The position numbers and the translations under genes were made by a program. A stretch of 64,000 nt of DNA, taken from positions 44,303,853-44,367,852 of the forward strand of contig NC_081367.1 of NCBI RefSeq assembly GCF_030684315.1. The letters run 5' to 3'. The stretch comes from Stegostoma tigrinum (lineage: Eukaryota). This document shows, in pieces, positions 26,045 to 40,759 of this stretch. The notes under the pieces were generated by a model, which was not told the origin of the DNA, ran no database searches, and worked only from the letters and a program-made list of their open reading frames with translations. Position 1 is the stretch's first letter; each line of letters starts with the position of its first letter.

Positions 26045-26240
26045 ATTTGTTGAAGCCTATCTGGTTCACAAATGTCCTTTAGGGAAGGAAACTGCCATAC
26101 TTCCCTGGTCTGGCTTACATGTGATTCCAGGCCCACAGCAGTGTGGCTGACTCTGATGCCCTCTAGGCATTTTGGGATGGGCACTAACTGCTGGTCCAGC
26201 CAATGACCCCGTCAGCCTGTGAATGAACTTTAAAAAAAAT
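26045..26240 (+). mobile_element. SINE 3' part
   Basis: aatgtcctttagggaaggaaactgccatacttccctggtctggcttacatgtgattccag, followed by a LINE-derived tail ending gtgaatgaactttaaaaaaaa. Confidence 0.65.
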
Positions 26241-27505
26241 GTATTTGGAGAGATAACCCGATTCTTTCCTAGTAATTAGCTTTGCAGTACTTGTAGATCT
26301 CTTAAAGTCTGATTTTGCTACATATTTCAATGATAAATAGTGCACTGTAAATTAGTATTTTACTTGTAGTCCATTGAATGCAACATCAAAGGGGAAAATT
26401 CTCCCCTTTGGGATTGATCTTTGCAGGGGCATTGGTTCTATCCTTTCTGTACTGTTGAACCGGATCTGAAATGTGCTTCTCAGTCATAGTTTGTTCCAGA
26501 TGCAGAAGTATATTCCAATAAGAGTCTGCTGGCATTAAGACGAAGCAGTAAGTGGCAAAAACAAGGAATGTAGGAAATCTGGGCTTGACTCCTGTGTCAC
26601 CAGCAGTGGGAGGAAGAAGAGGCGGTCCTGCTGAGGGCTAGGGGAGGAAATTCTCAGCTATGGTGCTAGTAGACTTTGCCATCTGAATATTTTTACCTTC
26701 TCTACTGAGACTGTGCCTATTTTGGACAGGATCAGCAAATCTTAATAGAAAGTTGCTGCAAGTAGCCATGGTAAATGAGGGGTTACGGTGATCGAGTAGA
26801 GGGATGCTGCTTGGAGGGTTGGTGCAGAGTTTTTAAAGTAAACCTCTTGGGTACAGTTGGCATGGTAGTTTACCTATTCTTTGCAGCTCTAAAAATAACT
26901 TTGTAATGCAACAAACATGTGTACGATCAACAAATCAGCTAAAATCATGGCTTGCCATTAGCACATTCTATCTTGCTCCAGTTGCTTTTCTTTTATACAT
27001 AATTGCTTGTTCTTAAATTGATGACTTACACATTGTACATAAATGTTATTCTACTCTCTACTTCAAAGCCATACATGTACCATTCAAGTGAATTATTTCT
27101 GCAATTAAACGTTCGAAATGTTGCAAAGTTGTAAAATGTACTTTCTTCCCCCACGCTAACAAAACAGCAACATTGCAGTAAAGTGGGTAACTGCAATTAT
27201 GTCATTGCGATTTGACAGCACACTTTGCAGTCATTTATGGTTTGGTCTTGTAGCCTAATAGGATCCATTATTGAGCAGTAAGACATAGCATTGCAGAACA
27301 CGCCTGCAGCAGACTAGCTAGGTGATGTTGTCACTTGCTGAGATGAATTCCTGTTAACTAGCATTAACTTTCACCAGGAATACCGCTATGTTTCTCTTCT
27401 ACCTTGATAAGCTGATCTGAATTTTTCTACATTAAAAATGCTGTTTAAAGGTCAGGAGTTGTATTTTTACCTCAATTAATGAATTACAGTTGGTGTTAGA
27501 AGTTC

Positions 27506-28006
27506 AAGTTGATTCTGCTATAACACATGTTCTGACAACACTAATTGCCTGTAACGTGACTGGCGACTAGGGGAGCACTATTTCTAAAATGCCAACTTGT
27601 GTTGGCTATAACACAATTCCGTTGGTGCCCGGAGGAGCATGCATCAACATCACGTGATTGTTTCACAGGCTTTGTCCTGAGCATGCTCAACATTAGCACT
27701 GAAAGAGTCTCGGCGCCAGCATCATATGATCAAATAAACAACATAGCAACTTCAAAACCTCCTCCACATCGAGTCATTTTGATATTTTTTCAAGGTAAGC
27801 TGTTAAATTTGCTTTTAGCCCATTATTAGCTATGAATTAAACATTTATTCAAAGTGTGTTATCCTTTGTGTTGGGCTTTTGAGAGATTTTTTTGGTGGCC
27901 TCCCCAACCCCATTTTTCCCATAGGCCCCATTATTTCTGTAGTGCAGTTTTCTACAACATGATGTTGCACAGGAACACAACTATTGTGTCATAGCAGAAC
28001 TGACTG
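27506..28006. mobile_element. Non-autonomous pogo/Tigger-like DNA transposon (MITE)
   Basis: Imperfect ~21-bp TIRs: aagttgattctgctataacac and gtgtcatagcagaactgactg (reverse complement cagtcagttctgctatgacac). The TA TSD is not intact. Confidence 0.5.
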
Positions 28007-28169
28007 CACTATCCTTATTATGGCAATGCCATAACTAAACTTACCAAATGGCTTCTCCAGAAAGAGGTGTGGAGCTAGGTAATTTGATTTCTTTGTCTTA
28101 TTTTTAATGAAAGAAATGTCAGAAAGGACACTGCGAGGCCTACCTGTTGATTGAATAATAAAATAGTTT

Positions 28170-29205
28170 TAAGGAGATCATGAGAATGATTGTTGAGGGA
28201 TGGGCAGCAGATGTTGCCTATGTGGATTTTGTTTAGGCACTTTATATGCCCCCTTATGAACTGGGATGAATTGGCTAGATGGGTACAAAGCTGGCTTGGC
28301 TATTGAAGACAGGGAGTAGCAGTGCATTTTAGAATGAAGATCAGTAGCTAGTGGTATTCCGCAGGGACCAGTGCTAGAACCTTTGTTGTTTGTAACATAT
28401 TCATAAATCATCTGGAGGAAAATGTAGGTGGCCTGCTGTGTAAGTTTGCAGATGACACCAAAATTGCTGGTGTTACAGATAGTGAGGACTGTTGTCAAAT
28501 GATAAAGTAGGATATAAATGGATTACAGATTTGGGCAGAGAAATGGTAGATGGATTTTAAACTAAACAAATGTGAAGGGACGCATTGTGGAAAATCAAAT
28601 TCCGGTGTGAATTTTGCAATAAATGGTCAACCCCTTAAAGCATTGTCATACAGAGGGATTTAGATGTACAGGTCCACAGATCTCTGAAAGTAGCAACACA
28701 AATGGATAAGATTGTCAAGAAGGCATGTAGTATGTGGATGCCTTGGACAGAGTGCAGGGAAAGCTTGCCAGGAAGTTGCCTGGTCTGAAGGATTTTAGTT
28801 ATGAGGATTGTTTTCATTGGAAAGGTGGAGGCTAAGTGGCAACCTGATAGGAGTCTACAAAATTAAGGTGCATAAATAGGGTGGATAACCAGTGGTCTTT
28901 TCCTAGAGTGGAAAGCTCAACTCACAAGAGAGCATAGGTTCAAGGTGAGAAGGGTAAGTGTAGGGGGGAAGTGTGGGGAAAATTTTTCAGAGAAGATGTT
29001 GGGTGCCTGGAACACACTGCCGGTGGAGGTGATGGAAGCAGATATGATGGCAAAATTTAAGGCATATCCTGATGGACACTTGAATGTGAGGTGAACAGAG
29101 GATTAGAAATTGTGTATGGGCGATACGGACCTAAATAAGGGCTAGGAATTGGTCAGGCTTGGTGGGCCAAAGAGACTGTTTCTGTGCTGCATTATATTGT
29201 ATTGG
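28170..29205 (+). mobile_element. CR1 RT 3' fragment with internal deletions
   Basis: gtggtattccgcagggaccagtgctag (SG.PQG.VL) and aagtttgcagatgacaccaaaatt (KFADDTKI). Confidence 0.85.
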
Positions 29206-29859
29206 AATCAATGATATCGCCTGTGATATAAACTTTCACAGATCTGGAAGTAAAGATTCTTGTGAAAGTTGACAAGTCAAGTATTGATCAGGTTGGTTTA
29301 GAAGTACCATAAATATGTAGTTGCATAGATAGTAAAAGAAGGCCCAGGGAACAAGGGAAATCATTAAACCCCAGAGCCAAATTATTCATAACTGTTATTA
29401 TGACACCAATTGTCTTTGCAGGGTCTGGAACACTTCCTCATGCTCAGGTCGTATTATAACGTGTCCATTTTGCGAGCATCAAATATGTGGGTGTTTCATC
29501 TCTTGTCCACAGACTATCCCCAATTTGTCCATTACTTTTTTTATTGATCTAGAAGATAAATCGGAATGGAAATTCCCTGATCATGCCCTAACAGTACTAA
29601 ACTGGGCTTGATGGAAGATGGATCAGAAAATTAGCATTGCAACGTAATAATGTCTAGTCTGTCCTCTGTTGGAAGCAAGATGAATCAACTCAGAGCAGGA
29701 CAATGAACGTGCAGAATACTTTTATTGAAAGCTTTCTGGCTTTCTTCTGCTACATTTTAGTCACTCCATTGACCAAGTCCCAGCTCCAAGCCCAGTTTGT
29801 AAAATTTCCTTTCTGAAGTGTGTTAACTTGATGACTAAAGAACCAAAGGGGGATGGTTG

Positions 29860-30207
29860 GGGCTAGATAGCATTGTAGTGGTCATGTTATTGCAGTAAAA
29901 ATTGAGAGATATAGCTTGAATACATTGGAAACATGAACACACGTTTCATCACATAATTAGTTATTTTTAATTTCTGTTAATGATTATGCAATATATAGTT
30001 GGTTTCAGCAATAGGACTATGAAACTAACACCTGAATGGTGGGGAATAAAATCATTTGATGTACTTTGGGGAAAGAAATCTGGCATCTTTACCTAGCCTG
30101 GCCCACATATGGCTCCAGACCTGCTGCAATGTAATTGACCCTGAACTATTGGGAATGGACAATAAATGCTGCCTGTCAGTGAAGTCCTCATCCTGTGAAT
30201 GAATTAT
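29860..30207 (+). mobile_element. Degenerate tRNA-headed SINE
   Basis: Head gcattgtagtggtcatgttattg; body and tail match 26045-26240. Confidence 0.55.
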
Positions 30208-31950
30208 AAGGAAGGAGAGACCCCTTGGGTGGAATTCCATGATGATGACACATAGAGAAATGTTTGCAGAAACATTTAGGCTGATACAATAGATAACTGT
30301 GGGAACAGGTGGGAGGACAGTCTTAAGGTAGACAGTGGAGGAGAGGCATTATAAGATGATGCTGTGGTTCCCTCCCCTGCTGAAAGCTACAATATTGAGG
30401 AGAATTGGGTGAGATAATTCACCAAGACTACATTCAGGAAAAAATGTTGTTCATGATGTTGGATATGAATACAGCTAAGGAAATTTAGATGAATAAGGTT
30501 TGAGATTCTTTATTTCAGCAATTCTGAGTTTCAAACAGGAACTCAGCACCCACTGCTTATGCCAGTGCAAGTATGGCTTTTCCAGTCTCTGATCTCACTG
30601 GTGTACACCAGGTATCTGTAAACTGCCTCAGTTCCTTGAACTTCCTCCTACACCCTTCAGCAATCCTTTTGTTGCGAGCCTAAGGGAGCAGTAGAGGGTT
30701 CCAGGAATGGAAAGTTGAAGCATGAGGAGTGAAAAAGTGCAGTAGAAGGGATAGGAAGGAATGTGAAAAGGGCAGCAGTAAAGTGAGATGGGAGAGAGAA
30801 ACGATAGTATTGTGTGTGCTTTTCTGTCTGTCCTTGACATACTGTTCTATAAATTGTCACAAATTTTATAAATGTATAAAATCCCAAAAAGACCACCAAG
30901 CCCAATTTGCTTGACTGACTGCTACCCCAGACTAAAGCATACTAAACCAGGTTTTCCTCAGTAACTGTAAAAATAATTCTATTTAATGTGCAAACTTTAT
31001 TATAACAAATACAGTGAAAGAAAATTCTAATGTATGCAACTGAAATGATACCCCTTCAAACACACACACAATCGTGTTTAACTCAGACAAAAGTCAAACT
31101 GTTTGTAAATATATTATGGATGGAAAAAGAATATAAATGATGTAAACAAAATTCTGAAGATCAGAAGTCCAGACCATGAAGCACAAAGTCCTTCTTTTAG
31201 TTTTCAGTCCTTTGGATTTTTGCAATGATGAGATGCTGTTGTCTGTTTAAAAATGGTGATGTGTTTCATGATCAGGAAAACACAAAACTTACAATACAAC
31301 ACAAAAATTACTGTGCTTCATCCTCATTCACTCACTGTACAATATTTGAACAATCCCCTGTCATTCACTTCCCAAATTCATGAACTGCATTAGTACAATT
31401 GCATTCTGCATACTGTCAGCCACTGTATTTGCTCTTTTGGCAATTTTAATAAAAATGGTTTAACAAGTAAATAGAAGATTCTTGAATTTTTAGTGTTCAA
31501 TTTCTGCACAAAAACAATTGGCTTACTATCTATATATTAGCATTTCTTTGCAACCATAACTGACATAGATTTCAAAACATTGAAGAGCCATGATAATCGT
31601 AAATCTCCTTTTATGCTGTAGAGTAATTCTTCTGATATTGATTTACTTCCTGAAAAAAGTATCGTACTGGCTTCTCTGTCCCCCAGTACATCATTTTGCT
31701 ATAAGGTGGCACCTATCCCCAAGTGACTAGTATCAACTGACATCTTAAAAGGTTTCATCAAGTTGGGGACAGCCAACACTGTTTCATTTATCAGGATTGC
31801 CTTCAGCTTCTCAAAGGCTGCTTGCCACTCTGCTGACTATACCATCATTGCCTGGTTTCATGACACATCTTCCAAAGGTACAGTTGTTATGCTGAGGTCA
31901 GACATGCACACTTCAGTAAAAACCCACATCTCCCAAAAACCTCATTATCT

Positions 31951-32691
31951 TGAGGTTGTAGACGTGATCGCTGAGCTGGTGGGTTTGTTTGTAAACATTT
32001 CATCACCTGCTAGGTAACATCCATCAGTGGTGGCTCCAGAGAAGCGTTGGTGTTATGTCCTGCTTGTTATTTGTATGTCTCAGTTCGCTGGGGTGTTTGG
32101 TCCCACTTCTGGTTCTGTTTCTCATTGGTTTGTACACAGGGTCTAATTGAATGTGTTTGTAAATGGAATTCTGGTTGGAATGCCAGGCCTCCAGGAATTC
32201 CCTGGCATGTCTCTGTTTGTCTTGTCTGATTATGGATGTGTTGTCCCAGTCGAATTCGTGTCCCTCGTTGTCAGTGTGTAGTGAGGCAAGTGTCTCTTGG
32301 TAGCTAATTGGTGTTCATGTATCCGTATTGTTAGTTTTCTTCCAGTTTGGCCTATGTAGTGTTTCTCACAGTCCTTGCATGGTATTTTGTATATTTACTG
32401 CTGTTTTGCTGGTTTTGAGTATGGGATCCTTCATGTTCATCAGTAGCTGTTGTAGGTTGGTTTTTGGTTTTTGGCTACCCTGATACCTAGGGGTCTGAGT
32501 AGTCTTGTGGTCATCTTTGAAATGTCCTTGATGTACGATGGGGTGATTAGTGAGTCTGGTTGTGTTGTGTCTTCCTGTTGTGGTCTGTTGTACCTAGCTG
32601 GGTGACGAAATGATTGCAACCAAACCCACCAGTTCGACGAGCATGTCTACAACCTCATCCGCAACCTGAGCTAAAAATCCTCTCAAACTTT
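31951..32691 (-). mobile_element. PLE family C fold-back insertion
   Basis: Flanked by aaacctcat(t/g)at. 31951-32590 is a minus-strand pLTR plus GIY-YIG remnant, homologous to about 48120-48745. 32591-32691 is a plus-strand truncated pLTR plus tail. Confidence 0.88.
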
Positions 32692-33099
32692 AAACCTCAT
32701 GATTTTCATTTTAGTATTAGGAATGGGGAAATCCACCAGAGCCTCCACCTTTGCTGTTACTGGCAATGCTTGCTCTTGCTTTATGATTTGTCCTCACTTT
32801 GAAAATTCACTTTTAGCAAGTTTGATTGCTAACCCAGATAACTGTGATTGTTTCGATAGGTCTTCAAGTTATTTCAGTTTTAACCAGTATTCCTGTCTAT
32901 TGCGACATTGTCTAAAATAAACTAAAGTTAGGAACTTCAGCCAAAACTATTAAATTTTTGGATTACGACTGAACATATTGAAATACAAATAGTATGACTT
33001 GATATTGATAGAATTCTTCTAGTGTTACAAAGGTGGATATCTCTTTAACCCATGATGGTCCTGGCACTTGACTACTTTTACAATATATCAACCATAGAC

Positions 33100-33530
33100 A
33101 ACATAAGATGTAGGAGCGGCAGTTAGCATTCAGCCCATCGAGTCTGCTCCTCCATTCAATGAGATTATGGCTGATCTGATCATTTTCAATATCTCATTCC
33201 AGCATTTTCTTCATAACCCTGATGCTCTTACTGATTTAAAAAGCTGTCCATCCTAGCCTCAAATATAATGACCCACCTCAACAGCTCGCTATTGTCAAGA
33301 ATGCCACCGATTCACTACCCTCCGAAGAAATGCCATGTCATCTCTGCCTTAAATGTGCGATCTCTGATTAGGCCTTTGATCTGAGAATCTCCCACTTGGG
33401 GAAAATAACCTTTCTACACTTACCCTGTCAAGGTATCAAAGTATCGTATATGTTTCAAGCAGTTCTCTTCTCGTTCCTCTATATTCCAAAGGTACAATCT
33501 ATTCAAACTCTCCTCATCAGACTGTGCTCC
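33100..33530 (-). mobile_element. CR1 3' fragment
   Basis: acataagatgtaggagcggcagttagcattcagcccatcgagtctgctcc matches the CR1 3' end at 40770-40830. Confidence 0.75.
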
Positions 33531-35051
33531 TTAGCAAGAAATGAAGCACTGTTGATCCTGTTGATACAATCTTTTAACAGAGGGATTGGGTTTGAATCTG
33601 TTTTTGCTAATGCATTTATTTTTTGTAAGCTATGCCAGAATCCGACTTAAATGCTAATGCTATTGGTAAACTTAGCTTCTGCGACCAGGCTCAAGCAACT
33701 TTACAGATATGTTAAAGAAGTCTGAAATTTGGATGGAATGGACTTTGTAAATCATTGCTAAGTCTTTAACTACCAGTGTAATGTAGTATATTCTCATTGT
33801 TCATTCAGAAATAAACACTTTGTGTTGACTGAATGTGTTCTAATATTTCAGGATGAGAAAATAATTTATGATTGTAAATTAATGAACTTTTGACACATCA
33901 GGGTAAATACTGGAATTCTGAGGAAGCATAGTGGAGTTGTCAGCAGCCTTTCTTTTACTGTATTTGCATTGACCGTAATGGTTATGTTAATAAAACACAT
34001 TGAATCCTGTCTGCGTCAAATGTTTTACCTCTGGTGGTAGTTGATAAGTGGAAAAACAAATTAAAACGTTAGGGTACATTGTGTATTTTTGTGTGCACGG
34101 TGAAATTATTCTCTAAGTATCAATGTTGATGCTAAAAATACATTGGTGGATCACTAAGCAAGTGATTACAGTAAATTCACACTTGATGATGGCAGTTATT
34201 AAGTTCCCATTGCAGATGGGCAGCTTACTCACTGCATTCTTTCTTTTTGAATTTGCTTCCTTGAAATGGAAATTTGCATTGTTGCAATTGAATGATCTCG
34301 ATATATTATATTTAAAATTTTATCAATGTGCAACAGTATGAGTTCACCATAACGATTGTGAACTGGATTGCAATTAAAATTCTCCTTTATTTTAGAGCTT
34401 TAAAAGCCAATGCATAAAGATAATGTGAAAAATCATGAAGGGCATATTGGGCAAGCTCTGTTCTGAGATTGTAATTTTTCCATCCCAAGTTTCCTTCAGG
34501 CCAGACAATACCATTCGCCCTGATGGTATCCATGCAAATTTATTACACTGGCTAATAGAACAGGCTACTGGCAGTACACAAAACACGGAAGATCTTTCTT
34601 AAAGCCTTTAGAGAGATCTGGATCAGTTCCTGAGATCTAGTTTAAGAATAGTGACAAAACTGGTCAGGCTGAATTTGGAAACAGAACCAAGATAGGGCAG
34701 AGTAGCTGAACAATGTATCGTATTGCGATCATAACCATGTGATAATCTTTGTATACAACTGTTTTTCAGTTGTGAAGACAAGGATTTGCATTGTTTGCTT
34801 TTGACTGTGCTCAAGATTTGGTAGGGTACCTGCATGGTTATTAAGGCCAATTTGTAGCCAGTAGAATCTGCTGCAAATAGCTCTTATGTGGGTATGCATA
34901 TGTAGTGGAACATGAAATACAAATAGCCCTCTTGCACACCTTCAGATGGCATTGATGAGACATTTCAGACCACTAATACTATTTGAAGACAACCTTTTGG
35001 AGATGATTTTATGCTTTATTTTTCTGTACTTTTGCCAAATGCTTATTATAG

Positions 35052-35309
<258 letters not shown>

Positions 35310-37377
35310 TAAAATTATTGATTTAAAAAGTGGATTGAGGACTGCAAGAATTAATTTCTCAATGTCTAGTGCCCTGTTCAATTGTGTTTGATTGAGGAGT
35401 AGATTGTTGGGACATAAACACATCCAAATATTTAAATAAGCCAATTGTTAAATAAATCAGTCCAATTATTAAAACTGTTAACCATATTGGTTTGAGACAA
35501 TGAGCGGGGAGAATGATTGACACATTCCAACATCTGCTAATATTTATGCATATGGATTTGGATATTTTCCCAGCTCTCTACATTTTTATGAAGCTATGAT
35601 AGTGTCCAAGTCCCCAGCCATCTGTATCCCAGGATATCCCTATCTGTTTACCCACTGACGTTTTAAAGCTGATTCTGTACATTGCCTGCATCAGGAAATG
35701 ATCTGAAAATTTAAAAGTTTCACAAAACGCTTCATTCTTTAAAGATAATGTAATTGGCATTCACTTACATTACTTAAAGCTACAGTTTCTCAGCAAGTAA
35801 AGGTATATTGTGAAACCTGCTGAGACATGGATTTTTGTCTGGTTCCTTTCCAGGCTATTAGATAGAAGCTAACATCTGCGGTTACTCAAAAACAGGGATC
35901 AATAGTATAATTTCCGAATTGCTTGAAGTATTACTCATTATCATGTCAGAAAGCACTTTGAAACTCATACAGAGAGACAAAAAAAAATTGGTGTTATGTT
36001 TGGAGGAGAAAAATACTGGGAAAATGGCAACAGCCTTAGGATTTGATAGGGTGTTAGTTTTGTTTCCCAATGTCTTCAGTTCTTTGCTGTTTTCCTCTGG
36101 GTTCTTACACCCCTTCACAGGAGGCACAAAGTGACCAGTGCACAAATTATAAAGTCTCCCTAGCTGTCTTATCAGTTAAAAACAGCAACAGTTCACAGCA
36201 GCTGATGGGGAAAAAGCAACTGGCTCTCTTCAGCTTCCGTTCATTACAGAAGAGAAGGAGACAAACCCTACCTCCCCCCTCCCCCCAACGCCATCTACCT
36301 TTCTGAAGTCAAAGAGCCTCTTCTTAAATCATTTACACTCACAAGTTGCTTAGCTACCCAGCAACCAATCAGTACTTTTATCAGGCTGATAACCTTTGGT
36401 ATCCATGAGTGTAAATGATTATACAAACCAATCATCAACATGTTGCCAGTAAAATCTATTTTTGTATATACACTTTTTCAATCTGTGCTATCAATTTGCA
36501 CTTTTCCCTACTGCTTGTGAAATAGCTATGTAAATATGCTGTGCAAAGAGCCTCAGTAACTTCCTCCCTCATTTTTTGTCCCAAAACCGTCTTTTGCCCA
36601 ATTCGATCCACAATCAAAAATAGAGTAAAATGAAAAAAATGTAGTCTTTGCAATGGATGAGCTGCCAACAGAAGTAGTCACAGAGATATCTTTAAGCCCG
36701 TCTTTAGATTATTTCTCTTTCAGTGTACATTATCAGGATTGTCATAGCAAAGCTCATTTCTGTTATAGTTAGTGCTAGCCATGCAAATATTGGCAGAATA
36801 CGGATATTATTATGCGATGATACAATTGGAGGAGAAGTAGGTTCTAATTTTCAGGTTCTTTGAAACTGAGGTGAGTAAGAACATTGGGGGAAGAAAGATA
36901 GGTAATGAGGAAGGTGCAAAAAATTGCATGTGTATCCTGCCACAGGATTTACATGCCACAGTAGATATGTTACTTTTCCCCCAGTGTTTAAAAATGCAAT
37001 GATTTCATCTTGACATCATGACAGAGGTACATTGGATGTTGGATGCTAACTTAGTTTTTTTCCCCAGAGGCACTGCATTATGTGTGATTGCAGTGATGAC
37101 ATCAGCTCTTAATTGTTCTGCTTCTTGAAGCTTCTAGGCAATCTCTAACATTATTTACTTCAATCAGTCAAAATCTTCTGATATAGATAGTTGTCTTCTT
37201 CATCTGAGTGATGTAATAAAGTCTGTTTTTTTTGGATGCTATCATTTAGCTACTCTAATATTATCAATTTCGGAGTGACTATTTAAAGAGAAACATCAAA
37301 TGAGAATGATCAGAAATACATATTTTTGTTCTTACTTTACTTTTTCATTGTGCCAAATTGCTACTGCTGTTTCTTGT

Positions 37378-37745
37378 CATAAGAACTAAGAGCAAAAGTA
37401 GACAGTTCAGCCTCTGGAGCTGAATCGTGGCTGATCTGAACTCCACTTTCCTGCCTGCAGACTATCTCCCTTTCACCCCTCAGGAGTTTAAGATCTGTAT
37501 ACCTCCTCCTTAAATTTACTCAATCTCCCAGCATCCAATGGACTCTTGGGGTAGTGAATTCCCCAGATTCACGATCCTTTTGAGAAAAGTAATTTCTCCT
37601 CAACTCTGTTTTAAATCTGCTATCCCTTATCCCAAAACTATGATCTCTTTCTAGATTGTCCCACAGGAGGAAACATCCTCTCTCTGTCTACTTTCTAATT
37701 CTCTTGAGAATTTATTTACCTTAATTATATCTCTCATTCTTCTAG
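37378..37745 (-). mobile_element. CR1 3' fragment
   Basis: cataagaactaagagcaaaagtagacagttcagcc...gtagtgaattccccagattc has the CR1 3'-end pattern. Confidence 0.7.
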
Positions 37746-37954
37746 TTACATTACATTCCTCTAATTATGGCTACTCTTTAAGCTTAAAACTCTGTGCATG
37801 ATCTCACCCTCTTATTCCACATGGTGTTACCTCATTGTCATTGTAGCTGGGACTTCATCAATGAAGCCCTTAAGGAGTAAGATAGCACTTAACCTGAATG
37901 AAATTGAAGAACTTGGTGAAATGGTACTCTGTGGAAAACTTAAGATGCCAGTTT

Positions 37955-38050
37955 GGTTGAAGAGTCACACCAGACTCAAAATCTAAAGTCAGCTTTTCTC
38001 TCTGCTCAGATGCTGTCAAACTTGTTGAGCTTCTCCAGCATTCTCTGTTA
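37955..38050 (+). mobile_element. Degenerate PLE pLTR fragment
   Basis: tctctctgctcagatgctgtcaaacttgttgagcttctccagcattctctgtt. Confidence 0.55.
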
Positions 38051-38059
38051 ATTGGCAAA

Positions 38060-38530
38060 CCAGTGAGGTTTTTCAAGGCTGTCACCAGCAGAATAGATAA
38101 GGGAAGCAGTGGATGTGCTGTACTTGGACTTTTAGAAGGCTTTTGGTAGGGTCCCCACACAGTAGGTTAGTAAACAAAATTAGAGCATGGCCTGGTATGG
38201 ATTGAGGGTTGAAATAAATAGGTCATTTTCATGTTAGTGGGCTATGACTGGTAGGATACTTAATGATTAGGCCCTAGCTATTTATAATCTGTATCAATAA
38301 TCTAGGTGTGGGTAGGCCTGCAAGCGTAATTTTCCAAGTTTGTGCATGATACAAAACTAGCCGGAGATATGATGACAATGCAAAGAGGATTTATTGGGAT
38401 ACGGACAGGTTGAGTGAGAGGGCAACAAATTGGCAGATGAAATACAAATAATTTGGATAAACTGAAGGTTATCTGTGGTACAGCAGGCTTGAATGGCTGA
38501 ATATCCTACATTTGCACCTTTGTTCCTAAT
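38060..38530 (+). mobile_element. Decayed CR1 RT fragment
   Basis: gtggatgtgctgtacttggacttttagaaggctttt (VDVLYLDF.KAF) and aagtttgtgcatgatacaaaa. Confidence 0.75.
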
Positions 38531-38719
38531 CTCACGGAGGTGTACGTGAGATTGTGGGATCCAGTTTCTATAAAGAAATTTTCATTGCTATAATGCTGAG
38601 ATACTGACCAGATGAGTAAGGCAGCAAGAACCAACTTACCAGAGGAAGATGGCCAACACAAAAGCAAAATATTGCGGATGATGGAAATCTGAAAAGAAAA
38701 GCGCAGAAGACTTTGTTAT

Positions 38720-39582
38720 CATGATTCTTTCCTGGGAATTGGATATTGCTGGCAAGGACACCGTATATTGCCCATGCCTAATTGTGCTTGAGGTGGCGTT
38801 GGTACTGCACAGCCACCTTGAGCCACTGCAGTCCATCCAGTGCCGGCATCCTTGCAGTGCTGTTGAGAAAAGTGTCCTAGGATTTGATCTCTCAGTTGTG
38901 GTGGAATGGTGTTCTAGTTTCAAGTTCGGTTGATGTGTGGCCTTGATGGGCATTTTTGGATATAACAGTGGTGTTTCCATGTATCTGCAGCTATTGTCCT
39001 TCTAGATGGTAGAGGTCTGTGTTGGAAAGGTGCTGTCAAAGGGGACTTAGTGAATTGCTGCACTGCATCAAGTACATATTGCTGCCACTGTGAATTTGTG
39101 GCATAGGGACCGAACATTTACTGTGGTGAATAGGTAGCTGGATTAACCATGGGAAATGTAGGGTTGCAAGGATAGGGAAAGATGGAATGGTCTCTGGGCA
39201 GTTGGTGTGGACTCAATAGGCCAAATAGCCTGCTTCCATACAGTAGGGATTCTAGGAAACCTCAAAATTCCCAGCTTCTGACCTGGTCATGTTGTCACTT
39301 TATTTATATAGCCAGTTCAGTTCAGTTTCTGGACAATGCAAACACCAGGGTGTTGATGGTGATGGTAACACCATTAAGTATTGAGGTGAGATGGATAGAT
39401 TCTCACTTGTTAGAAATCTTCATTACCTGATAATTGTAGGCCCATATGTTTCTTGTCACTTATTGGACTAAAATTAGATGTCTCCTAGGTCTTTTTAAAT
39501 ACTGGCATGTGGATGCTTCAGAGAATGATACTGAATGCTTTGCAATCATCAGCAAGCATCCCCACTTTGACCTTATGATGGA
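38720..39582 (-). mobile_element. CR1/L2-clade LINE 3' fragment, containing an HE1-like SINE 3' piece (~39135-39256, +)
   Basis: Homologous to 51840-52740 (for example ctattgtccttctagatgg and catccccactttgaccttatgatgga). Confidence 0.7.
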
Positions 39583-39584
39583 AA

Positions 39585-39705
39585 GAAGGTCGAGGCCTGA
39601 AACGTCAGCTTTCCTCCTCCTATGATGCTGCTTGGCCTGCTGTGTTCATGCAGCTCTACACCTTGTTATCTCAGATTCTCCAGCATGTACAGTTCCTAAT
39701 ATCTC
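39585..39705 (+). mobile_element. PLE family A tailed pLTR, truncated inside the hammerhead
   Basis: aaggtcgaggcctgaaacgtcagc...accttgttatctcagattctccagcatgtacagttcc; the CTGATGA box is absent. Confidence 0.85.
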
Positions 39706-40733
39706 ATGGTAAAGAACTCCACAGCTTTACCACCCTCCAATAATAAATACTAGTCATCATTGTCTTAAATGAGCAATTATTTATTCTGAGATTATGCTTC
39801 TGCCCCTATGTTGTTTGACAAGGGGAAACAACCTTCCTATATTTACCCCAGCAATCCCTTAAAAATGTAATAATATGTTTCAATACAATTGCCTGTCATT
39901 CTTCTAAATTCCAATGAGTACAGGCCACACTAGTCAATCTCTCCTGGTAAGAAAATCCTGCCAAAACCAGAATTAATCAAGTTAACCTTTTCTGGACTGT
40001 TTACTAATCCAGTGCAGCTTTCCATAGGTAAAGGGACCAAAACTGATCACAGTATTGCAGATGTACTCTGACTATTGCCTTGTATAGTTTTAGCAGGACT
40101 TCCTTTTTTTAAATCTATCCCCTTTGAAAGAAAGGCTGGCAGTCCGTTTTCCTCACCTGGAACTTGTAAATTCTAGCTCTTTGTGATTCATGTATAAAGA
40201 CTCCTGCATACCTCTGTGCTGCAGCTTTCTACAGTCTTTCTCAATTTAAATAATATTGAGCTCCTCTACTCTTCCTGCCAAAGTGTGTGATTTCCACTGA
40301 TCACAAGTTGTCATCCTGAAAATGCCCTTTTTTATCCCAACTCTCCCTTCTATTACTCAGCATAAGTAGCCTAGTGCGTGTTACCTTATCGAATGCCTTT
40401 CAGAAATCCAAATGTATTACATCCATACTGACTCTTTATCTAAAATGCTTGTTGTCTCCTCAAAGAATTCTAATAATTTATCAGACATGATTTTTGCTTC
40501 ATTAAGCCATGCTGACTCTGCTTGATTATGTTGTGCATTTCTAAATGATCTGCTATTATATCCCTTATAATAAACTAAGATTTTGCTCATGACAGATGTT
40601 AACCTAACTGGTCTATAATTTCCTGTTTTTTGTTTCCTTCCCTTTCTGAATTTGGATGTTAGATCTAATTCTCTGGTGCTTTTTCAGATTCAAGGATTCT
40701 TGGAAGATTACTACCAGTGCATCCATTGTCTCT
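39706..40733 (-). mobile_element. Older CR1 RT remnant; continues at about 44584-44660 beyond the younger CR1
   Basis: accttatcgaatgcctttcagaaatcc is the reverse complement of DF.KAFDKV. The sequence resumes with ataggatgtagttcattaggttcagggg at about 44595. Confidence 0.8.
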
Positions 40734-40759
40734 TACCCAAACCCTAAAACTAACTTTTT

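Noticed and set aside
40733-40754. Telomere-like ttacccaaaccctaaaactaac at the CR1 3' junction
   Set aside because: It has only one exact CCCTAA unit and is too short and degenerate to call a telomeric insertion.
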